Source: Gemmatimonadaceae bacterium (lineage in GTDB: Bacteria; Gemmatimonadota; Gemmatimonadetes; Gemmatimonadales; Gemmatimonadaceae). From it: a stretch of 56,412 nucleotides of DNA. Under the pieces are notes generated by a model, which worked only from the letters and a program-made list of their open reading frames with translations, was not told the DNA's origin and did not search any database. Location: NCBI GenBank assembly GCA_040901985.1, contig JBBDYC010000005.1:1-56412 (forward strand), given 5' to 3'. A program made the position numbers and the translations under genes. This document shows positions 1 through 10,288 of the stretch, piece by piece; position 1 is the first letter of the stretch; every line of letters starts with the position of its first letter.

Positions 1-44
1 CTCACACCTCACACCTCACACCTCACACCTCACACCTCACACCT
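1..44. repeat. Perfect heptamer tandem repeat (CTCACAC)x6 + CT, cut by the window edge
   Basis: Read directly: six exact CTCACAC units from base 1, ending 6 nt before the moaA stop codon. Confidence 0.97.
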
Positions 45-50
45 GGAGAC

Positions 51-1037
51 TCACCCCCCGACCTGCGACAGCGCCTTGAGCCCTCCCACCTTGAGCTGCA
101 GCAGATTGTGCTCCAACGGCTTCTCCGCCAGCGCCTGGACGAAGAGCGGCTCCAGTCGCTCCCCGCGCCGGAGCGGATCGCGCAGGTTGACCTCGTGGTC
201 GCCGTACAGGCAGGTGCGGAGCCGCCCGTCCGCCGTGAGCCGCACCCGATTGCACGAGCCGCAGTAGGTGTGCGTCATTGGCGTGATGACGCCGATCGTC
301 CCCGGAGCGCCGGCCAGCCGGTGATACGCTGCCGGCCCATTCCCCCGCGCCGGTCCCTCGCTGGGCGCGAGCGCGCCGAGCCCGGCGATCCGCCCCAGCA
401 CCTCGCTGCTCGGCACGATGTGCTCGTTGGTCAGGTGCGCCATCTCCCCGACCGGCATCAGCTCGATGAAGCGTACGTGCACCGGGAGCTGGAGCGTCAG
501 CCGCGCGAAGTCGAGGATCTCGTCGTCGTTCACCCCGCGCATCACGACCACGTTGAGCTTCACCGGATCGAGGCCCGCGTCGAGCGCCGCGCGCGCCGCG
601 CTCACCGGATCGAAGCTCAGTTTCCGCCGGGCGATCTGGGCAATCCGGGCCGGCTGCAACGAGTCGGCCGAGAGATTCACGCGGTCGAGCCCGGCTGCCG
701 CCAGCGCCGTCGCCATCGCCGGGAGCTTCACGCCATTCGTGGAGAGGGCGATGTCCTCGATTCCCGGCACCGCGCGCAGCATCGCGATCAGCCGGACGAG
801 GTCGGGCCGGATGGTCGGCTCGCCACCGGTGATCCGCAGCCGCCGCAGGCCGAGCGGTGCCAACTGCTCGACGACGCCAGTGATCTCCTCGTACGACAGG
901 ATGTCGTACTTGGGCAGCCACTCGAGCCCCTGCTCGGGCATGCAATAGACGCAGCGGAAGTTGCAGCGGTCGGTCACCGAGATCCGCAGGTACTCGATCA
1001 CCCGCCCGTGTTGGTCGCGGAGCGCCGTACCGCTCAT
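51..1037 (-). CDS. moaA: GTP 3',8-cyclase (molybdopterin biosynthesis, radical SAM)
   Basis: YLRISVTDRCNFRCVYC (CxxxCxxC), RITGGEP, C-terminal CGSCNRVRLTADG..C, ends in GG; start moved to ATG 1037, which overlaps the moaE stop. Confidence 0.96.
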   Translation of the reverse strand: MSGTALRDQHGRVIEYLRISVTDRCNFRCVYCMPEQGLEWLPKYDILSYEEITGVVEQLAPLGLRRLRITGGEPTIRPDLVRLIAMLRAVPGIEDIALSTNGVKLPAMATALAAAGLDRVNLSADSLQPARIAQIARRKLSFDPVSAARAALDAGLDPVKLNVVVMRGVNDDEILDFARLTLQLPVHVRFIELMPVGEMAHLTNEHIVPSSEVLGRIAGLGALAPSEGPARGNGPAAYHRLAGAPGTIGVITPMTHTYCGSCNRVRLTADGRLRTCLYGDHEVNLRDPLRRGERLEPLFVQALAEKPLEHNLLQLKVGGLKALSQVGG

Positions 1038-1501
1038 TGCGCCCCCGTTGCGGCGCGCGCTGTGCCCGCCGGTATCGCCGCGCCTGCCGCCGTCGGGTCC
1101 ACCCACTCGCGCGTGCCGTCGGCGTAATGCTCGCGCTTCCAGATCGGCACGCGCTTCTTGACCTCCTCGATCACGTAGCGCTGTGCCTCCATCGCCTGCG
1201 CACGCCGTGCGTGCGACACGGCAATCACGATGCTCGCCTCGCCCAGCGCGAGTGCGCCGATCCGGTGCTCGACGACAATCCGTTCGGTGCCGAACCGCTC
1301 CGACGCCGCGGCGACGATCGCGGCAAGTTCGCGCTCGGCCATCGGGCCGTAAGCCGTGTAGTCAATGCCCGTGACGTCACGCCCCTGGTTCACCCGCCGG
1401 ACCGTGCCCACGAAGAGCGTGCTCGCCCCGGAGCCGGTGTCGGCCACCTCGGCCAGGAGGGCTGTCGGATCGAGCGGGCGCTCGACGATTGCGCTGCGCA
1501 T
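1034..1501 (-). CDS. moaE: Molybdopterin synthase catalytic subunit
   Basis: FVGTVR, EHRIGAL, SHARR, VKKRVPIWKREHY motifs; lies between moaD and moaA. Confidence 0.94.
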   Translation of the reverse strand: MRSAIVERPLDPTALLAEVADTGSGASTLFVGTVRRVNQGRDVTGIDYTAYGPMAERELAAIVAAASERFGTERIVVEHRIGALALGEASIVIAVSHARRAQAMEAQRYVIEEVKKRVPIWKREHYADGTREWVDPTAAGAAIPAGTARAATGAQ

Positions 1502-1506
1502 CGCGC

Positions 1507-1755
1507 TCAGCCCCCGGCCACGGGCGGGATGATCGCAATTTCGTCCCCGACAGCGATCCGGTCGCTGGGCCGCGCGTAGCGCTGGTTCACCGCGACCAGC
1601 GGCGTCGGAAGTGCGGAGCCGGAGACGCGCGCGCTCAGGGAGGCCAAAACGTCCGCAACTGTCGAGCCCGCAGGGAGTTCCACGCGCACGGTCGAACCGA
1701 GCGCGTCCGCCCACGAGGCAAACAGCAGGACATTCAGCGAAAGTGTCTGCGGCAT
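1507..1755 (-). CDS. moaD: Molybdopterin synthase sulfur carrier
   Basis: 82 aa, VLLFA start, VAVNQRY, C-terminal IPPVAGG. Confidence 0.93.
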   Translation of the reverse strand: MPQTLSLNVLLFASWADALGSTVRVELPAGSTVADVLASLSARVSGSALPTPLVAVNQRYARPSDRIAVGDEIAIIPPVAGG

Positions 1756-1764
1756 CGTCCCCCA

Positions 1765-1770
1765 ACGATA
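1765..1770 (-). promoter_or_regulatory. Candidate -10 element (TATCGT) for moaDEA
   Basis: TAnnnT hexamer 9 nt upstream of the moaD ATG. Confidence 0.4.
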
Positions 1771-1802
1771 CAACAACGGCGGCGCTCCGTGAGCGCCGCC
1801 GT
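1768..1802 (-). terminator. Intrinsic terminator downstream of the HU/IHF gene
   Basis: 12-bp stem ACGGCGGCGCTC-ACG-GAGCGCCGCCGT (1776-1802) followed by TGTTGTAT on the minus strand. Confidence 0.7.
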
Positions 1803-1834
1803 CAGCATTCGTGTCTGCTCGGCCCGTACCTGAC

Positions 1835-2158
1835 TCACCCCTTCTCGGGCGCGAACTCCAGGTCGGCAACGAGGGCTCGCAACTCCTTGCTGGGCTTGAA
1901 GACAGGCACCGGACGGGCGGAGACCTCCACCGGGGCGCCGGTGCGCGGATTGCGCGCCATCCGGGTCTTCCGGTTGCGGATCTTGAAGGTGCCAAATCCG
2001 CGCACCTCGATGTTCCGCTGCTCCTTCAGCGCATCCTTGATGGCGTCGAGGAACGAATCCACCACCCTGGCGCAATCCTTCTTGGAAATCATCGGCCCGG
2101 AAGTCTGGGCGATTGCGTCCGTCACGCGCTCCACGAGATCGGCTTTTGTCATCGACAT
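1835..2158 (-). CDS. HU/IHF family DNA-binding protein
   Basis: MTKADLV, IEVRGFGTF, ARNPRTG, PVFKPSKEL; start 2158 or 2152. Confidence 0.95.
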   Translation of the reverse strand: MSMTKADLVERVTDAIAQTSGPMISKKDCARVVDSFLDAIKDALKEQRNIEVRGFGTFKIRNRKTRMARNPRTGAPVEVSARPVPVFKPSKELRALVADLEFAPEKG

Positions 2159-2201
2159 ACAGGGAGGGGTTGAGCCTCGGCGCCGTGCCGTAAGTGCGTA
2201 A

Positions 2202-2230
2202 AGGATAGGACGTTAGCTCGGAGGTGTCAA
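2202..2230 (-). promoter_or_regulatory. Sigma70-type promoter for the HU/IHF gene
   Basis: TTGACA (2230-2225), 17-nt spacer, TATCCT (2207-2202). Confidence 0.75.
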
Positions 2231-2242
2231 GCGGTTCTGGCG

Positions 2243-3364
2243 TTAGCCGGCCACCCCGAGAGCGCTGAGGAACTCGTCAAAATGGGGGGTGGCGTCGTGC
2301 GGCCCGGGCGCGGCCTCGGGGTGGTACTGCACCCCAAAAACCGGCTTCGTGCGGTGCCGGAGCCCCTCGACGGTGCCGTCGTTCAGGTTGATGTGCGTCA
2401 CCTCGAGCTCTGGCGCGCCGGGAATCCCCTCGGCTGTCCCCTCCACGGCGAACCCGTGGTTCTGGCTCGTAATGAGCACCTCGCCGGTGGCGAGGTCCTT
2501 TACCGGGTGATTCCCGCCCCTGTGACCGTACGGGAGCTTTTTCGTGCGGCCGCCGAAGGTGATTCCGAGCAGCTGGTGGCCCAGGCAAATGCCGAAAACC
2601 GGGACCCCCGCATCCACGATCGCCCTGATGGTTGCCGGCGCGTAGGTGACCGCCTCGGGATCGCCCGGTCCGTTCGAGAGGAACACGCCGTCCGGCTGCT
2701 CGGCGAGTACCTCCGTGGCCGATGTCGTGGCGGGGACCACGGTGACCCGGCAGCCGCGCGCCTCGAACATCCGGAGGATGTTGCGCTTGATGCCAAAGTC
2801 GTAGGCGACGATGTGGTGCGGCGCCGAGTCGGGACCCCAGACATAGCGCGCCTTGGCGGAAACGCCGGAGGCGAGATCCCGCCCCGTCATTGAGGGGCAG
2901 GACGCCAGCTGGGCCCTGTGCGCCTTTGTTGGCTCCAGGCCAGGCCCGACGAGGCCGCGGAGGACGCCAACTGTCCTCAAGTGTCGTGTGAGGCGACGAG
3001 TGTCAACTTCTGACAGGACAGGAACATCCGCAGACTGTAACCAGGGGCCAAGTCCTTGCTCCGCGCGCCAGTTCGAATACGATGCCGAGAGCTCGCGGAC
3101 CACCACGCCCGCCACCTGCGGGGCGGCCGATTCCGGGTCCTCGGAGTTCACGCCGTAGTTGCCGATCATCGGCGCGGTCATCACGACAATCTGACCGCGG
3201 AACGACGGGTCGGTGAAGGTTTCCTGGTAGCCGCTCATCCCGGTGGTGAAGACGACCTCGGCGGCCGATGCCGACTTCAGCGGGGCGTGGAGCCGGCCAA
3301 GAAAAAGGGTTCCGTCCTCAAGGAGGAGGAACCCGGGTTCGTCGTATGCGGTGCCTGCCGTCAC
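2243..3364 (-). CDS. carA: Carbamoyl-phosphate synthase small subunit
   Basis: [47 protein letters not shown] start overlaps the secG stop (GTGA). Confidence 0.96.
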   Translation of the reverse strand: MTAGTAYDEPGFLLLEDGTLFLGRLHAPLKSASAAEVVFTTGMSGYQETFTDPSFRGQIVVMTAPMIGNYGVNSEDPESAAPQVAGVVVRELSASYSNWRAEQGLGPWLQSADVPVLSEVDTRRLTRHLRTVGVLRGLVGPGLEPTKAHRAQLASCPSMTGRDLASGVSAKARYVWGPDSAPHHIVAYDFGIKRNILRMFEARGCRVTVVPATTSATEVLAEQPDGVFLSNGPGDPEAVTYAPATIRAIVDAGVPVFGICLGHQLLGITFGGRTKKLPYGHRGGNHPVKDLATGEVLITSQNHGFAVEGTAEGIPGAPELEVTHINLNDGTVEGLRHRTKPVFGVQYHPEAAPGPHDATPHFDEFLSALGVAG

Positions 3365-3750
3365 GGGCGGGGAACGGGCGGCTGGGTTGGCGTAGTGGGC
3401 ACGGGTTGCAGGGGGACGGCCGACTGTACCGTCGGCTCTGGCGCCGGCCCCGCGGTCGGCGCGGTCTGCGCGGCCGGCGTAATCGCCTGATCGAGGATTG
3501 ACGTCGGGCCGGTGGACCGGCTCGACATGATTTGGAGCACGAACGAAATGAAGATGAAGAGTCCGCCTGCCCACCAACTTGTCTTGGTAAGGATGTTGCC
3601 AGCCTGGCGCGTACCAAGGAACGAGTCGGTGGAGGACGACGACCCACCAAAGCTCGCTGCGAGCCCGCCACCCTTACCGGCCTGCATCAGGACGGCGACG
3701 GCGAGGATCAGCGCATCAAGGATGAGGAGGATCAGGAGGAACGTATACAC
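3361..3750 (-). CDS. secG: Preprotein translocase subunit SecG
   Basis: Two TM helices, [22 protein letters not shown]; directly downstream of tpiA (conserved synteny). Confidence 0.93.
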   Translation of the reverse strand: MYTFLLILLILDALILAVAVLMQAGKGGGLAASFGGSSSSTDSFLGTRQAGNILTKTSWWAGGLFIFISFVLQIMSSRSTGPTSILDQAITPAAQTAPTAGPAPEPTVQSAVPLQPVPTTPTQPPVPRP

Positions 3751-3788
3751 GAAGGCGTCCGCACTCGTTGGGAGGAGGTAAGCCTCTA

Positions 3789-3817
3789 AGAGTACCGGAG
3801 TTAGCCCCTCCGGTCAA
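3789..3817 (-). promoter_or_regulatory. Sigma70-type promoter for secG-carA
   Basis: TTGACC (3817-3812), 17-nt spacer, TACTCT (3794-3789). Confidence 0.7.
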
Positions 3818-3830
3818 GCGGCGGGATTGC

Positions 3831-4580
3831 TCAACTCCGGACGATCGCGAGCCAATGCTCGGCGTCGAGACTTGCGCCGCCGACGAGCACGCCGTCCACA
3901 TCTTCCACCGCAATGAGCGCGGCGACGTTCGTGCGGCTCACGCTCCCGCCGTACAGGATCGGGATGGCGCCGCCGCGCTCGCCGCTGATCTCAATCAGCG
4001 CGCCGCGGATGGCGGCGTGCACGGCACCCGCGTCCGCGGGTGTGGCGACTTTGCCGGTCCCGATGGCCCACACGGGTTCATAAGCCACCATCGCGCTCGC
4101 CAGCGCGCCCGGTTCGACCTCGGCGACGGCGGCGCGGAGTTGGCGGAGCACCACCGCCAGCGTCTCGCCCCGCTCGCGCTCGGCGAGGGTCTCGCCGACG
4201 CAGATCACCGGCGTCAATCCCGCCTGTACCGCGGCGGCGACCTTCTTGGCGGTCTCGTCCTCGGTCTCGCCGAAGACGTGCCGTCGCTCGGAGTGACCGA
4301 CGAGCGCGTAGCGCGCCCCCGCCGCGCGGGCGAGTGTCGCCGACGTTTCGCCGGTAAAGGCGCCCTTGGCTTCCCAATGGATGTTCTGTACGCCGGACGA
4401 GAGGTCGGCGCGTGTCTTTACCGCCGCCACGATCACGTGCAGCGCGACCGCCGACGGAAAGAAGATCACGCGCCGGTCCTGCTGTCGCGGGTACTGGTCG
4501 GTGAACGCGCGCATAAATGCCTCCGCGTCGGCGGGGGCCTGGTTCATCTTCCAGTTTGCGGCAAAGACTAGTGATTTCAT
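3831..4580 (-). CDS. tpiA: Triosephosphate isomerase
   Basis: AANWKMN, GHSERR, AYEPVWAIGTG, YGGSV, LVGGASL. Confidence 0.98.
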   Translation of the reverse strand: MKSLVFAANWKMNQAPADAEAFMRAFTDQYPRQQDRRVIFFPSAVALHVIVAAVKTRADLSSGVQNIHWEAKGAFTGETSATLARAAGARYALVGHSERRHVFGETEDETAKKVAAAVQAGLTPVICVGETLAERERGETLAVVLRQLRAAVAEVEPGALASAMVAYEPVWAIGTGKVATPADAGAVHAAIRGALIEISGERGGAIPILYGGSVSRTNVAALIAVEDVDGVLVGGASLDAEHWLAIVRS

Positions 4581-4608
4581 AGTGACTTCATCGGGACGGG
4601 GTCCTCGG

Positions 4609-5805
4609 TTACCTGCTGTCGAGCGCGGCCACTCCGGGCAGTGTCTTCCCTTCAAGGAACTCGAGCGACGCGCCCCCCCCGGTGCTGACGTGGCTCATCG
4701 CCGACGCGAGGCCAGCCTCCTCCACCGCCGCCGCGGAGTCGCCGCCGCCGACAATCGTCGTCGCGCCGGCCTTCGTCGCCTCGGCGAGCGCCGTTGCCAC
4801 CGCCATCGTGCCGGCGTCGAACGGCTTCGTCTCGAATACACCCATCGGTCCGTTCCAGATGATCGTCTTGGCCACGCCGATCGCCCGCTCGTACGATGCC
4901 GCGGTATCGGGACCGATGTCGAGCATCGCTTCGTCGGCCGGGATCGCGTCGCGCTTCACCGCGTGCGCCTTGGCGGCGTCGCCGATTGACGGCGCCACGG
5001 TCGCGTCGTGCGGGAGGGTGAGCCGGAACGCCGCCCGGTCCATCAGTTCCTTGGCCATCTCCAGGCGCTCGGGCTCCACCAACGACTTCCCGGTCTCGAA
5101 GCCCATCGCCTTGAAGAAGGTGCAGGCCATCGCGCCGCCGACAAGGATCCCGTCCACCTTGGGCAGCAACGCCTCGATCACGTCAATCTTCCCCGAGATC
5201 TTCGCCCCGCCGAGGATCGCGATGAAGGGGCGCTTCGGTCGGTCGAGCGCGTCGCCGAGGTAGGCGAGTTCCTTCTCCATCAGGAGGCCAGCGACCGCGG
5301 GCCGAAGGCGACGCGCCACGCCTTCGATGGAGGCGTGCGCGCGGTGCGCGGCGCCGAAGGCGTCGTTCACGTACAGGTCGCCGAGCGCGGCAAACGCCTC
5401 GGCGAGCGTCGCGTCGTTCGACTCCTCGCCCGCCACGAAGCGCGTGTTCTCCAGCAGGCAGACGTCGCCGTCCTTGAGTGCTCGGGTGGCGGCCACGGCC
5501 TCGGCCCCCACGACGTGCGGCACGAAGGTCACCGGCGCGCCGAGGAGCGTGGCCAACACCGGCGCGACGGGGGCGAGCGAGTACTTCGGGTCCGGCTTGC
5601 CCTTCGGGCGCCCGAGGTGGCTGCAGAGGACGATCCGCGCCCCCGCCTTGCGCAGCGCCAGCACCGTCGGCACCGTCGCGCGGATCCGCGTGTCGTCGGC
5701 CACGCCGCCCTGCGCGTCGAGCGGCACGTTGAAGTCCACGCGCACCAGCGCGCGCTTCCCCTGCAACTCGGCCGGCGTGAGGTCAGCGATCGTGCGCGTC
5801 GGCAT
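4609..5805 (-). CDS. pgk: Phosphoglycerate kinase
   Basis: [45 protein letters not shown]. Confidence 0.98.
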   Translation of the reverse strand: MPTRTIADLTPAELQGKRALVRVDFNVPLDAQGGVADDTRIRATVPTVLALRKAGARIVLCSHLGRPKGKPDPKYSLAPVAPVLATLLGAPVTFVPHVVGAEAVAATRALKDGDVCLLENTRFVAGEESNDATLAEAFAALGDLYVNDAFGAAHRAHASIEGVARRLRPAVAGLLMEKELAYLGDALDRPKRPFIAILGGAKISGKIDVIEALLPKVDGILVGGAMACTFFKAMGFETGKSLVEPERLEMAKELMDRAAFRLTLPHDATVAPSIGDAAKAHAVKRDAIPADEAMLDIGPDTAASYERAIGVAKTIIWNGPMGVFETKPFDAGTMAVATALAEATKAGATTIVGGGDSAAAVEEAGLASAMSHVSTGGGASLEFLEGKTLPGVAALDSR

Positions 5806-5820
5806 CGGTGACCGCGTGCC

Positions 5821-7629
<1,809 letters not shown>

Positions 7630-7633
<4 letters not shown>

Positions 7634-8439
7634 CTCCTCACGGCGCGCCACATCGCCTCTCGGTCCGGTGTGATGCCGAACCAGCGCGCGAACGAGAGCG
7701 CCCCCTGCTCCACCAGCATCGGGAGGCCGTCGTCGGCGCGAAGCCCGCGGGCGCGACAGGCCTGGGCCCACGGTGTGCGACCGCGGCGATACGTCAGGTC
7801 CAGCACCGCGACGTGCTTGGGAATGCTCCCGGGGGCGATCGGCATCAATGAGCCCTCAAGGCCAAGCGGCGTGGCGTTCACCAGGAGGTCCGCGCCGACC
7901 AGCGCGTCCATCTCGCCGGCCACGGTCCGGGCAATCGCCGCGTGGCGTTCGACCAACCGTTCGGCCCGCTCGCGCGTGCGCGCGTGCACGACGAGCCGAC
8001 TCTTCGGCCAGGCCGAAACGGCCTCGCAGACCGCCGCGGCCGAACCACCCGCGCCGAACAGCGCCACGGTCAGTCCGGAGAGTTCGCGGTCGAGCAGTCG
8101 CCGCGCCGCGGCGTCAAAGCCCCCGACATCGGTGTTGTCGCCCACGAGCCGGCCATCCTCGCCCCAGAAGGCGTTCACCGCGCCGACGCGTTCGGCCACC
8201 GGAGTGAGCGTCGCGCAGAGCGCCGTGAAGGCCTCCTTGTGGGGCAGCGTGACATTCCCCGCCGCGCGCTCCGCCGCCAGCCGCGCCACGACGGAAGGGA
8301 GCTCCGCCGGCGCGACGTCCACCGTCTCGTACCGCAACGGGATTCCCGCCGCCTGCAGCGCCGCGTTCTGGAGCGCCGGCGAGAGCGAGTGCGCCACGGG
8401 GTGCCCGAGCAGCACCAATCGCGTGGGGCGCTCCATCAC
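7630..8439 (-). CDS. aroE: Shikimate dehydrogenase
   Basis: GHPVAHSLSP, NVTLPHKE, GAVN, NTDVGG, GAGGSA, NATPLG, GLPMLVEQG. Confidence 0.95.
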
Positions 8440-8906
8440 GATTCCCCCGACCCGCGCTCGGCGGCGATCCGCGCCAGCGCGCGCCCGATCGCCGACTCGA
8501 GATCCCGGAACGTCGTGCGGTACGCCTCGAGGTCCCCGCCGAACGGGTCGGCGACGGTGCTCGCGTCGCCGCCGCGCGACGCGTAGTCCATCAGGAGGTG
8601 CGTCTTGCCTTCGCCGCCGAGGACGAGCGCGCGCTCGACGTGATGCGGGCCCATCCCCAGGACGAGGTCGGCCGCCTCAACCACGTCGCGCGAGAGGACG
8701 CGCGCGCGGTGCGCGTTGAGGTCCACGCCACGCTCCATCGCCACGAGGAGGGCGCCGTCCGAGGCGGCGGCGCCCTCCCAGGCGCTCGTGCCGGCGCTCC
8801 CCACCGTCACGTCCTCCAATCCCAGCTCCACGGCAATCCGCTGGCCGAGCGCCTCGGCCATCGGACTGCGACAGGTGTTGCCGGTGCAGACGAAGAGGAT
8901 GTGCAT
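8436..8906 (-). CDS. Low-molecular-weight protein phosphatase, YwlE-like (probable protein-arginine phosphatase)
   Basis: P-loop CTGNTCRS and DPFGG acid loop. Confidence 0.9.
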   Translation of the reverse strand: MHILFVCTGNTCRSPMAEALGQRIAVELGLEDVTVGSAGTSAWEGAAASDGALLVAMERGVDLNAHRARVLSRDVVEAADLVLGMGPHHVERALVLGGEGKTHLLMDYASRGGDASTVADPFGGDLEAYRTTFRDLESAIGRALARIAAERGSGES

Positions 8907-8916
8907 CGCTACGAAG

Positions 8917-9585
8917 TTAGTGGTCGCCGATGAGGTCGGGGACGCTCCGCCGGAGTTCCGCCGCCGGGATCGCGCCGGGACGGATCACGCGCGGCCGCTT
9001 GCCGGTGCAGTCCACGACCGTCGAGGCCAACGAGGACGGGAGCGTGCCCCCGTCGAGCAACAGCAGGTCGCCGCGCCCGATCGGTGCCTCCCACTGGTCG
9101 AGGATCTCGCGCGCCGTCGTCGCCGGCGCGACGCCCGGGAGGTTGGCCGACGTGCTGGTGATCGGATCGGCGAGCGCGCTGATGAGCCGCTGGAGACCGA
9201 CGTGCGGCGTCCACCGCACGGCCACCCCGCCCTCGGGGCCGCGCAGCCGCCCGGGAATGCGCCGTTCACCACCCGGCAGCACGAGCGTCAACGGGCCCGG
9301 CCAATGCCGCGCGGCGAGCATGCTCGCCGCCTGCGTGAGGTGCAGGTCGAGGCGCGCCAGCATCGGCGTGTCGCTGATCAGCAGGAGGAACGGCTTCGAA
9401 GGCGGACGCCGCTTGAGCTCCACCAGCCGCTCGACCGCCTCGCCGTCAATCATCGTCCCGAACCCATAGACTGTCTCGGTCGGATAGGCGAGGACGCGGC
9501 CGTCGCGCAGATGCTCGATGGTGCCGGAGATTGCGCGCTCGATCTCCTCAGGCGACCAGAACGGGATTCCGCGCGCCTCAGGCAT
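8917..9585 (-). CDS. tsaC: L-threonylcarbamoyladenylate synthase (YrdC/TsaC domain only)
   Basis: YPTETVYG, KRR, WPGPLT, STSAN, STVVD, IRPGAI. Confidence 0.92.
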   Translation of the reverse strand: MPEARGIPFWSPEEIERAISGTIEHLRDGRVLAYPTETVYGFGTMIDGEAVERLVELKRRPPSKPFLLLISDTPMLARLDLHLTQAASMLAARHWPGPLTLVLPGGERRIPGRLRGPEGGVAVRWTPHVGLQRLISALADPITSTSANLPGVAPATTAREILDQWEAPIGRGDLLLLDGGTLPSSLASTVVDCTGKRPRVIRPGAIPAAELRRSVPDLIGDH

Positions 9586-10288
9586 CGTCCGGATCCGGCA
9601 GCACGCCGAACGCCTCGGCGCGCGCAAAGTCGTGCTCGTCGGTGATCTTCATCGCGCGCGCGCTGCCCCGCACCACCTGCACGGGGAGGCCGAGCGCCTC
9701 GCACAGCGCCGCATCGTCGGTCGCCCCGGCGTGCGTGCCGGCCACCTTGGCCTCGCGATGCGCGCGCTCGATCATCTCGCGCGGGAATCCCTGTGGCGTC
9801 TGCGCGCGCCAGAGTCCCTCGCGCGTGACCGAGCTGGTGACGCGCCCCGACGCGTCCACCCGCTTGAGCGCGTCCACGACCGGGAGCGCGGCGACCGCGC
9901 CGTGGCCCTTGCGCGCCTCGTCAACGACGCGGGCAATCACCGCCGCCGACACCAGCGGCCGCGCCGCGTCGTGAATCAGCACGGTGGTGCACCCATCGGG
10001 AAGGTCCTCCAATCCATTTGCGACGGACTCGGCGCGTGTGCGCCCGCCGACCGAAATCAGCATCCGATCGGTATCGCACTGGAAAATCCAGGGCGGCGGA
10101 TCGCCGGCATACCGCTTGGGCAGCACGCAGACGACCATCGCCACGTCGGGGCGCGCCTGGAACGCCTGGAGCGAATGGAGCAGCATCGGCTTGCCCGCCA
10201 CCCAGCGCAGCTGCTTGAGCTCGCCGCCGGCGCGGCTTCCCGTGCCGCCGGCCACAATCACCACGCCGACGTCGCCCGCGCCGCTCAT
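9578..10288 (-). CDS. ispD: 2-C-methyl-D-erythritol 4-phosphate cytidylyltransferase
   Basis: AGGTGSR...KQ, GGRTRAESV, IHDAARP, QTPQGF, TDDA, KIT. Confidence 0.94.
   Translation of the reverse strand: MSGAGDVGVVIVAGGTGSRAGGELKQLRWVAGKPMLLHSLQAFQARPDVAMVVCVLPKRYAGDPPPWIFQCDTDRMLISVGGRTRAESVANGLEDLPDGCTTVLIHDAARPLVSAAVIARVVDEARKGHGAVAALPVVDALKRVDASGRVTSSVTREGLWRAQTPQGFPREMIERAHREAKVAGTHAGATDDAALCEALGLPVQVVRGSARAMKITDEHDFARAEAFGVLPDPDDA

Noticed and set aside
1..44. CRISPR array or telomere
   Set aside because: 7-nt units with no spacers and no cas genes; the context is an ordinary bacterial operon end.
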